DNA of 64,000 bases from Podarcis liolepis (Eukaryota): NCBI GenBank assembly GCA_965112155.1, contig OZ218106.1; one strand, 5' to 3'. Of the stretch, positions 10,532-21,229 are shown piece after piece. Every line of letters starts with the position of its first letter. Position 1 is the first letter of the stretch. The position numbers and the translations under genes were made by a program. Below the pieces are notes generated by a model that did no database searches, was not told the origin of the DNA, and saw only the letters and a program-made list of their open reading frames with translations.

Positions 10532-12894
10532 AGCCATAATGGCTAGAAACTTTAAAATCAAAGCTGAGAGCCACAGGAAACTTGCTGTTCCTTCACTAGT
10601 ACACCACTCAAAATAGTTCTCCGGCAAATCCGAACTGCTAAAAAGTTGCTGTGTTTGACACTGGAATAGTCTCTATGGAACAGAGTCAGTTATTGGTACA
10701 TTTTACTCTCACTGAGCATATGTGTGTTCCTTTCAAAGCATCCCAGATGAACAACCTCTCAGTTTACAAAGGAATCTTCTTGTTTGTTTTCTGATTATCA
10801 TAACATCCAAATGAATTATTGTCAATTATAAAATCTTGTTTCCTTCAGGGTGTAAGATGGCAGCTTCCAAGTTCTGAGCAAACACTTTGTACATGAGACA
10901 ATAACCCCCTGAAGCTAAGAATCGGCAAGAATTGTCCTTGGATCCCAACAGCCACAGCCCACAGGATAGGAAAGTGCTCCTCCTCCCTGGCAGAGTCCTG
11001 GATATTTTATGTGACAATGCTATTCATTTTCTCAGTTGCCAGCTCATCCCAAGGTTTTAACACCAGGATTATAATGTGTTAAAAGCAATCTTAAAAACAA
11101 TACAGTAGATCAAACCAGCGCACATTAAGACCTGCAAGAAGTCTAAATATCCTCTTGCTGTTTTGGAACAAAAATAAATTGCAACTTTAAACTCACGGAA
11201 AGGCACAAAAATTGCAGAATTTTCCAATTTTATGAAACTAAGCCAAATTGTGAGTTGAAATTTATGTGGCATCAGTAGCCAATTAGATTAGGGGCTTTCC
11301 ATTTTTCTTCATTCCTTGTGAAAATGCAGGTTTGCCGAGTAATGTGTCAAATGGTGAACCATACTATAAGGAAATTTATTTTTAAAATTAGACCGCTTTT
11401 TTTTTTTTTTTGAGGCAAACATATTATCTGCCACCCGCGTCTTATTTTTGTGTGGGTAGAAAAGATTGGATATTACTCTCAAATCTAAGTTCGCTTAACT
11501 TATTGGTGGGCGATATTCCTGAATAATGTATCCCTTTTAAGATATACAATTTTTCATTCTTAATCCCAATGTTATGGGGGTCTACTGATGTCAGTAACAA
11601 AGATCTGTGAATTACAGCAACACTGCAGTTTGAGGACAACTGGAGAGAGCCATGTTATTCAAGAGTTAACCGCAATTCAGTGCAAGTATCCCCATCACGA
11701 AATTCCAGACTCCTCCTGCAATTTGCTTTAACTGATGGAAAATAGCAAGTATACTTACTGGAAATCTCGGGGGAAAGACACCATGTGATTCATCCTCTCT
11801 CCTAGTGCATGTATACATGATCTGGACACACGTGGAAAGTTGGGGTCCAGGAGAAACCTTAACGTTGTCTATGGAATTGCTGATGGCGACAACTGTGATA
11901 ACAGGGTCAGAGAAGCACTATCTGACATGGCTCTCTAGCCTAGTTTGGATCTATATTATGGGAATAGTCAAGATTTTACTACAGCCAGAGTTTTCACATA
12001 ATGGGACTCAAGTCAAAAAGCCTGCAGTATGTGAAGCAGCCCTTGGGGAAAGGCAGACAATAGTTTAAGTTGAAGGTGAGAGGTGTTTATTGTGGGCCAC
12101 CAGGAAGTTAAGTCTTCCTCTGTATGGAATGATGCTCAGCAGCAGGACCTGCAGATCTGCTTCAATGGAAAACTCACACCGCAGCCAACAAGAACCTCAG
12201 TTCCATGGCAAGGATCTGATTGGCTCATGGGAAGATGCCTTTCATAGTCTGTCCCAGGTAGGCACTAGGCTTCTGATCTGAAAGGAATTGTGTCTGCCAC
12301 TGCCACAACAGAGAGAAATGAGAGGAAAATATATTCAAGCTGCCGTTGACAAAGACATCCTGCAAGCGGGAGCTGATTGCCAAGTGCGGAATTCCCTTTT
12401 GAAGCATCAATTGCTCCATTTTCTCAACAGAAAGGAAGTCAAGGAGGGGAGAGAGAAAAAGGCACCCCTTTGAGAAAGACAACCCGCTGCGGGGAGCAGA
12501 TCATTTTCCAGACTGTTGAAGCAGCAATGCTGGGTAGAGTCTTTGTTATTAGCATATGTTTTCAGTAGCAGTTCTTTTACAAAAGCAATGAGAGTCAAGC
12601 TCCCTTTTCCAACAAAATTTTACCTTAAAAGTGTTAGCAGAGGGGTGTAATAGAAAGAAATTGCCTGGGCCAAAATCAGAAATCAGAAGGATGTGTAAAT
12701 AAGTCTTTAAGTCTATTAGGCATGGCAGCATGACCACTCCTCTCATGCCAGCAACTGGCATTACGGGCTTCTTCACCAACATGCAGAATTTCCACAAATC
12801 TAGCATGACTAATAGGCGCACAGAGACATATCCTCCATGAATTTGGCTAATCACCTTGATAAAGTTACTATTATGGGGGTCACAAAAGCATTAT

Positions 12895-13190
12895 TTGTTG
12901 GCGTCCAGACTCTAGGGAGACAATGGAGGAGTGCGCCTTTGGGGTGAGGTCAAGCTGTTGGATGGTTGTAGTGCCTTCTGTGGCTGCAGAGACTGATGCG
13001 GGAGAAGGCATCCAGTTGTGCTGCTGCAGATGCACCGTGGCGCTGCTTCTCTCTGCGCTCCTCCCAGTGGTCATTCCTCCTCTGGTCACGGCTGTGGATA
13101 CACAACCTGCCTGCCTCCAGGAACTGCGGTTGTCTGCAAGGGATTTCCACATGGCTGATACTACCAGCCTTCAGGTCACAGAGTTGGTCC
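12895..13190 (-). mobile_element. RTE-clade LINE 3' fragment
   Basis: Translates to WKSLADNRSSWRQ / DQRRNDHWEERREK; closely similar to 28161-28500. Confidence 0.85.
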
Positions 13191-16019
13191 GCCAATTGGC
13201 CTGGTGCTGGAAGTAGCTTCCTCCCCACTTTTACATATTTGGGAGCTGTGAGTACCAAACAGATGAACAGGGCTACGTAAATTGAAATATTTTACTTGCA
13301 TATCAAAGTCCAGTGACTATAATCTCTTACTTACCTTGTTTGGAATTTTGTGGTGTTGTTGTCTTAGGATGCCATCCAGAGGAGTGCTGTTACTTGCCTC
13401 CTGCACTACAGAGGCCCAACTTGCCTTAATAAGAAGTTGCAAACTCAAACAGAGATTACAAACTCAAAAGGATGTGTATAACACAATAATTCGTTACAGA
13501 ATTAGAGATAAGAGTTTATGAGTAGAGATAAGTTCGTGTTAGTCCATAGTCAGATTTGACGTGAAGGTCTTAGTTTCAATCATTGAGCAGAAGTCAGAAG
13601 TCAATTATGGATCAGAAACCAGGACAGGGCAGCCTCTCTTTTGACTTTCATGTGTCTCTTGAAGACTTTTTTTGTGCTGACAACCCTTTGCAGCTATTTG
13701 TTTTTTGTTAGCCAGTCACTTGAATGGTTAACTGTATTTCATTTATTTATTTTTAAATGTTTTGTAGGTTGCACTGTCTTGATATTTTATGATACAGTGG
13801 TATAGAAATGCTTTAATAAATAAAGAGTCAGAGGCAACAATAATGTATCCAACAATGCTCAAATCAAAGCACAGAATGGAAGAAAGCAACAAGTGAGTCA
13901 AACCCTGCTGCGAGATCTGTACGCTGCAAACATCCCAGCAAATCTGAGTAAGAGGTCAGACAACAAGTGGTCCATGCAGTTACATCTCCTGCTTGACTCT
14001 TTTCGATGTCATCCACACAAAAAAGAGAGAGAAACATTTTTATCAGTTATTTTTATTTTTAAAAAGTGTTCATATAGACTTTAAAAAGAAACAAACCAAA
14101 AGCTTTACCCAGGCAGAAAAAAGAACCCAAGTTACAAAAATAAACTGCAGACCTATCCGTTTGCCTCTTTCCAAACTAACACCCAATGAGCTCCTCTTAT
14201 AACTGAAGGCATGAAATGAACATCTTAACAGTCTTTAAACATAATGTAACATTTTGGATATGAATAATTAAGTTCTACTAAGTATGGACTTAAAGGATGT
14301 AATTCAGTTTTGCTTTATGTTCCTTTAAGAACAATCCACCCAACATTCACTTGTGTAAAATGAGGAAGAAACATAACACCATTTAGGCTGTTCAAAGCCA
14401 TAAACAATTATAGCCAGAAGTGCCTTTCCCTGGAAGCCTTAAATACAGTGTAATATCAATGAAATTGCCATGACAAATTTTCGTAGTTAAAAGTCATGAA
14501 CTGATGATACTGTAGTAATTTGAGGTAGATCTGTTGGATGAGTAGCAGTGTAGCGACTGTTTAAGAGCAGACATGACTCAAATGATAAGACAGAAGAGTT
14601 AGTTGGCTGTGAGTTTAACAGTGGTGGAAGAAACAGCCAGGTATATTTCATTTGCAAGAGGCATCAAAATGAATTGGATTTGCATAAGCGCAAACCTTGC
14701 ACTGTGGTGCATCTCCTCATTTTCATGGGGCTTGCTCACAAGAGAAATTCACACGATATTGCATCCAGTTTTGGAACAGTCAGCCACAAAACTCACGGGT
14801 CTCATTTTCTTCCTCAGCTTATGGCCAAGATTGTGGACTTTAGATAACCTATATTTTGGAGGCCCAAGAAAGGATTTGTCAAAACAAAAAGAAAAACATG
14901 TTATCTGTTCTTTTTCTGGCGTTTTGGCTCCCTGTATTTTTAGACAACTGAATCAAGATGTATATGCGGTGAATTTGTGATGTGTGTGTAAAAATACATA
15001 TATCTGATCCACTTAACTGAGAATCTAGCTTGTGATGAGTTTGTGGAGTACCTATACAGGCTGCTTCTTAGAAACATATCTGATATTTTACCATTTTATA
15101 ATTCTGACCCATACGCAAATAAACATGATTGAGGCTATCTAATTGGCAAAAAGCAGTAGCTTCTATGCTCAATTTCACTGACCTTAATTCTTATTAATGG
15201 GCACTTAGATTTTTTGCACCTCTATCATTCAGAAGTTGTAACTTCATTTCAGAAAAGTGGCCTATCAATAAACACATTTTGACCTAAGCAACAAGGAAGT
15301 CATTTTATACAGATTGATATAGATTGTTGACAACATAATAAGGCAACTCAGCTTGGCACCAAATACAGTTATCCGGGCAGGACTGTTAATCCCAAGATGA
15401 ATAATGCATTATCAAGTCTTGGGGTATAGGGAGAGGAATGTATAGAGGAATGTATTTCAAACAGTTTGTGTGTGCAGTTAATAAGGTTCGCACAACATGG
15501 TAAGCCAAACTGCAGATTGTAGTTAATGAGGGGAAGAGCGTAACCATGAGTCCTGGTTCAGACAACACACAAAGCCAAACCTTGGCTTAGGTAGGCACAG
15601 CACTAACGAGGACTAAGGAGGATCAAAAAGTACCTGCGAGCTCCTCTATGGGAGCCCACATGGTTGCATGTTCTTGCTAAGCCAGGTTGGCTCACATTGT
15701 TGCACAAGCCAGGTCAATAATATTGAAACTGGATGACATTCCCTAAGAACCTGCCCTTCCTTTCTACTGTAATGTACAGAGGTCAAAATCAAAATTTTCA
15801 TTCCCACAATTCCATATGCGGTTGAATGCACACATACATTCTTGCAGAAGCAGGCTTCTTCACATACTTCAGTGGAATGGGCTATGAACAGGAAGATATT
15901 GTGGACAGAGTTGCGGTGCAAGCTACCAGGTCCATAAGGATCTCCTGGATGGGGCCACATGATTACCAAGCTCACGAGGGTGCAATGGCATTATATGCCT
16001 CTCAGATCACTGCTTAGCC

Positions 16020-16205
16020 CAGGGGTTGTCAACCTGGTCCCTACCGCCCACTAATGGGCGTTTCAGGATTCTAGGTGGGCGGTAGAGGGCTATATGGCAC
16101 AAGCTGAATCCCCCTTCCATCGAGCACTGGTGGGCGGTAAGGAAATTTTACCATTGAGAAAGATGCATTAGTGGGTGGTAGGTATAAAAAGGTTGACTAC
16201 CCCTT
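16020..16205. mobile_element. hAT-like MITE (family B)
   Basis: TIRs caggggttgtcaacct / aggttgactacccct; internal ggtgggcggta repeats. Confidence 0.8.
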
Positions 16206-16210
16206 AAGCC

Positions 16211-16339
16211 CAGGCTTCCTCAACCTCCAGATGTTTTTGGCCTACAACTCCCATGATCCCTAGCTAGCAGGACCAGTGGTCAGGGAAAATGGGAATTGTA
16301 GTCTCAAAACATCTGGAGGGTTGAGGCTGAGGAATCCTG
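16211..16339. mobile_element. Palindromic hAT-like MITE (family A)
   Basis: TIRs caggcttcctcaacc / ggctgaggaatcctg; long internal palindrome ctccagatgttttt...aaaacatctggag; near 8-bp TSD cttaagcc / ccttagcc. Confidence 0.85.
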
Positions 16340-17174
16340 CCTTAGCCTAAAGGCAACTGACATGAATAAGGTACACTGCTTACTAGCAATGCAATCCTAT
16401 GTAAATTCCTATGAGGAATGGAAGTAAAATCCAATGAAGGACTTACTCCCAGGTAAGGGTATATCATTAGTATACTGGACTCTTTTATAAAGTGTAAAGA
16501 AAACTCAACATATTTAATCTTTAAAAAAATTCACTTAAGCTACAGCAGCCAAATTGACCAGAAATATTCCCCCTTTTATACCAGTGCTTTCAAACATTTA
16601 AAGAGTACACAAATATATGCTTTCTGTGGGAAATATCTAATTACAGAATTAGGTTTTCATTTTCACTAGCTTGCGTTTGCTGCAAGGAACACCACTCTGC
16701 AAGCGACAGTAAAGAGAATATTAGCATCGGATATTCTTCTGTCGCTGTGGGGTATGGTGTACTGAATTTGGGGGAAAGAGGGGAGATCTTTTAGCTCAGT
16801 TTGGGTTAACACCAATAATACTAATGTTACTAATAAAAACCCTCCTAGCTGCACTTGTAGATCACAGATCTTCCCTTACAACCATAAGCACCGGGCCTTC
16901 TCTTTGAAGATGCTCACGATGCATTTAAGATATACAATGCCATAAAATCATAAAAATGGAATGCAGAGAATTGCCTTGAGAAACCATTAGCTTTGAAGGA
17001 ATGTCTAGACAACTGTGTCAACAAATGCAAATAATTTATGCTTCTCCGTTTCTCTCCAATGGATGGCCCCATGCTGAGTGTACACAAACTTAGAAGAAAA
17101 AGGCATGTCATAATCATAGGAGCAGGGAGGGTTACGGAATCACACAGAAATTCAAGTTAATCTTGACTAGAACT

Positions 17175-17220
17175 TCAGAAATTGCTTTCCCATTGTCAGA
17201 AATTGCTTTCCCGTTGTCAG
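17175..17220. repeat. 21-bp tandem duplication
   Basis: tcagaaattgctttccc(a/g)ttg twice, followed by tcag. Confidence 0.9.
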
Positions 17221-17699
17221 CCAGAAGTGTTGCTTGCCCCTGGTTTGTTTTGGCCTGGGATTAGCATATATGCACGTGAATGGTGAGTAGAATCTGCAGA
17301 GCACGGCTCTCGTTCTGACTTCATTCAGTTCAGTGGAGCTTACGTGAGAGTAAGAAACACTTGGCGGCTTGTGCCCACTTCCTCTGAGAAGGTGTGAGGA
17401 TGGAAGCTCCGGTCTCTCATTGTCTGAACTATTCACTCAATAAGGGGGGGGGGTTTCAAATGACCCCAAACTTTAGTGCAATCTCTTACACCAAGCAGCC
17501 ATGTGATTTTGGAATCAATGCTTTTGTCAAATATATTTTAAGGCACTTCAGTAGGTATTTTAAATATATATATGTATATATAAGTATCTATAAAAATAAA
17601 ATAAATGCCGAAGCAACATTCACATATGCCCATCTTCTGAATTGTCTCTGTGTATGTACAAAATAGTACATATATACATTCATTGGATCTCTTCCACTG

Positions 17700-17744
17700 T
17701 TAAACTTTCACTGGCATCTTGGGCTGCTTTGTTAATTTCAGTGC
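17700..17744 (-). CDS. SLC10A7: SLC10A7 last coding exon 12 (ALKLTKQPKMPVKV*)
   Basis: Minus strand gcttgcag|GCACTGAAATTAACAAAGCAGCCCAAGATGCCAGTGAAAGTTTAA; the xxKLT(R/K) start matches the vertebrate SLC10A7 C-terminus as I recall it; phase 0. Confidence 0.88.
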   Translation of the reverse strand, partial: ALKLTKQPKMPVKV

Positions 17745-18409
17745 CTGCAAGCAGTAAAACACAGCATCAGTTTGTTTGCATTGAAAGAAGCAGCAGCAGC
17801 AAAGTTAAACAACCCAATGTACTTGAAATAAATTGGTGATAGGTTTCCTACAGTAGGAGGGAGATGCTGGTGTCTCTGGCCAACTCTTCCCCGAGTGTCT
17901 TGTGCTACTAAATTACAAGGGGTGTTTCCCCACTCTCTTGCTAGTTTTCTTCTCCTCCACCTTGTGCAAGAATTCTTTCTTCTGGGATTAGAAAGGATCA
18001 AAAAGACTTTAGCTTTTTTCTACAAATCACCTCACAATGGGCTATAACATACCGTTTCTTCCTTTTCTCTCTCCCTCACACCTGGAGACATGACACTTTC
18101 TTATTTCTCTGACACTGACTGGCAGCATACCCTACTCCTCTCTCACTCCTGGCAATTCCTAAAGACAGGGAACTGGAATCACACATCTGATAAAATGCTG
18201 ACGATGAAAGTTGGTAACTTTTAAGAAGCCATCTGTTGCAGATTTCCTGGGAGAAAAAAAATCCTAGGTTATCCTTTCCTGTTAAGAAAAGTTTAGAGTG
18301 GCACCATTCCATTTCCTAGAGGAGAAAGATGGCAGCACTGGGCATCCAAGGCAGGCCACAGGGTGGCACCGGGCAGAGAAAGTTCCTCCTTGGACACTTA
18401 GAAAAGAAG

Positions 18410-18712
18410 AGCATAAGAACTTAGGAAGAGCCTGCTAGAATGACATCTAGTCTAGCATTATGTTCTCACAGTGGCCATCCAGATGCCGGTGGAAAACCTG
18501 CAAGCAGGACCTGAGCACAAATGCACTCTTCCTTCTTGTGGCTTCCAGCAGCTGGTATTCAGAAGCATTACTGCCTATGACCATGGAGTCACGAGCACAG
18601 CCATCATGGCTAGTAGCCACTGATAAGCCTTCTCCTCCTGAATCCTTTTCCAAAGTTGGGAGCCCTCACTGCCTCTTATCAGAGTGAATTCCATGGTTTA
18701 ACTGTGTGTTGC
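18410..18712 (-). mobile_element. CR1 LINE 3' end (older subfamily)
   Basis: cataagaac.taggaagagcctgct...catctagtctagcatt.tgttctcacagtggcca...catggctagtagccactgata...gaattccatggtttaactgtg reads as the reverse complement of a CR1 ORF2 end plus 3' UTR. Confidence 0.75.
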
Positions 18713-20231
18713 ACTGCTTTGCTGCCCCTTTCTTGAAGAAGCCTCCGGCACTGTCAAACACCTTGCGATAAGACTCCTGTTGGCTTTATAGTTGTGAGAT
18801 CTGGTACTGTAGTAGTTCTGACAGTACTGAAAGGTCTCATTAGCTCTCCATATTTGGTTGACCCAGTTTCAGGCCTAATTCCAGTGTCTGTTGGTCTGTT
18901 TTCTTTTTTTAAAAAATCATATGAGAAATTGCACTCATGTAAATTATGTGCACATATATGTAACGTGAGTGCTGCTGTCAGGTTCCTTTGATGTTAAAAC
19001 TCATTTACTGTGTACTGAAAAGTTCCCAACAGCTTGTGAACCATGATACGGGTATTCGTCTTATATTTAAACATCTTTAAAAACAGCAAGACAGGTTATT
19101 GAGAAAGCATTACCAAAACAGATGGAACATAGACCACAATGCTCTCGTAAAAAGTGCACTATTTGTTTCTTAAATTTGAGAATTAGGGTTAATTGTATTA
19201 AATACATTACAAATGAAGACACATATATTTGCAACATTGTTTGGGAAAATGAGATCTTTGGTGTGTGGAGGCTTCTACAGTACTACTTGCCGGAATAGAA
19301 ACGCCCTCTTGTCGACGAACCTCTAAATATTTAAATTCTACTTCATGAAGAAATCACATGTTGGTATCATAATTAAGGAAGGATGTCACTGTAGAGCTGA
19401 GTACAATGACTGGATAACAGTTTTCCACCAGGAAAGAAATGCCAAAGTGAAGCCAAGGAGTTGATAGAAAATAAACATCAAGGTGAGGTTGACATGTTTA
19501 CTTTCAAAGCAGGAGACCATTATCCAGGCACAACATCAAAAATCTATTGTAATTATTGCTACTGAACCAAGAATGAACTTCCCTGATTTACAAAAATAAT
19601 AATATTGTCATGTAATTAGAATAATATTCTTGGAAAAATAACCTACAAGACCAGAAGACGAACAGTGGTATGGCAAAATGACAAATGATCAAAATAAATC
19701 TGCCAAGCAACATAGCCTGGTTAATTAAAACTAACAAGAAAAGAGACCTGACTTTGGATGCATCTCGGAGGAAAAAGGCAAATGCCCTACTAGATTTGGG
19801 GGAAACAAAACCACCCACAACAGGGCCTTTTTAGACTTTACTGGGAACACATGCATGGATGAAAGAAAGAGTCACAATTTCCTGTCTTTGGAAATTTTCT
19901 AAATGCCTCGACTTCATTGTTTATGATATCTAGGCAGAGGAAGAGCAGATACTTTATTGTGCAGAGAACCTCACCAAAGCATTGTACAAGGACAAAATGT
20001 GGCACGGTGCTTCAGATGCAGTGAGCATCTCTGGGTATGCCTGCAGGTCCTATTTACTGATGTGCTTTTTCCGTGCAAAATGATTGCCAGAAGTCCACAC
20101 GAAGCACACATTCAGCCCAGCCTAATCTCCTTGTCTGTAGATTGGTATGATCATGGAGTGGCTCTGCCAGCACCTGAACAGCAATGGACACAACAGTTCT
20201 CTAATCTTATCTTTCTCTCCCCCTAGATCTA

Positions 20232-20489
<258 letters not shown>

Positions 20490-21069
20490 TTATACTTTTT
20501 ATAACATTTCACTAAGATTTCAAAAAAGAAAACAAACGAAAAAAGATTGTTCAGAAGACACAGATGTAGTAGGAGGCAGAAAAACTAATTCTGCAGTGAA
20601 GAAAAGCCCCTTTTCCTTTTGGCAAAAAGAAACGAGACAGAATGCTGGAGAGACTCCAAGAACAAATCTCCCCTCCGTTCGAAAGCGGCATTCTCTCAGC
20701 CAGAGGCTGAATGCAAATTTCTAACCTGCTAGAGGCCAACTGTACAAAATATTGGGGGGTGACCTAGATTCCCCCACCCTCTCGCTTTCCTTTATCTCAA
20801 TGCCAAATTGCTTACCTTCTCCCCCATTTATGATATTCCTCACGGTCGCTGAGCCTACTCTCTTTTCCACAAACAAATATGTTCTCTTTGCAGTGAAAGG
20901 GGAACATTTGCACCTCGGAATGGAAAAGGAATCCTTACCGCTTTGCCCAGGACATTTCGGACAACTGGTGCATCAAAAGGAATGACTGATTGTTTACCTA
21001 GCAGTGCCTTCAGCTGGGGTGGTTGGGTCTATAAGAGGCCTCCAGGTTACATATTATTGCTATAAAGTA

Positions 21070-21229
21070 NNNNNNNNNNNNNNNNNNNNNNNNNNNNNNN
21101 NNNNNNNNNNNNNNNNNNNNNNNNNNNNNNNNNNNNNNNNNNNNNNNNNNNNNNNNNNNNNNNNNNNNNNNNNNNNNNNNNNNNNNNNNNNNNNNNNNNN
21201 NNNNNNNNNNNNNNNNNNNNNNNNNNNNN
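21070..21229. other. Assembly gap (160 N)
   Basis: Run of N. Confidence 1.

Larger units (their letters stand above)
5130..12345 (+). pseudogene. REELD1: Candidate decayed REELD1-like (reeler-domain gene) remnant
   Basis: Colinear short peptide fragments broken by stops and frameshifts: HDINIHHR (5187-5210), VNFVAVWKCAP...KF (5867-5923), LVMQS (about 7558), ELSLDP...LPG (10929-10991), GQLERAMLFKS* (11634-11669), WGPGETLT (about 11841), GMML/AAG (about 12126), REMR/ENIFKL (12312-12342). Position matches the recalled LSM6-REELD1-SLC10A7 synteny. Comparison made from memory of the human protein. Confidence 0.45.
14035..17699 (-). other. SLC10A7: Putative SLC10A7 3' UTR; candidate poly(A) signals ATTAAA (plus-strand tttaat 16513-16518) and AATAAA (plus-strand tttatt 14052-14057)
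   Basis: AT-rich sequence follows the stop codon. The hexamers are visible in the sequence, but the true 3' end cannot be determined without RNA data. Confidence 0.4.

Noticed and set aside
13329-13402. Minus-strand exon-like segment with a strong ag|gtaagt donor
   Set aside because: It lies beyond the SLC10A7 stop and has no recognisable peptide; such motifs occur by chance and there is no transcript evidence.
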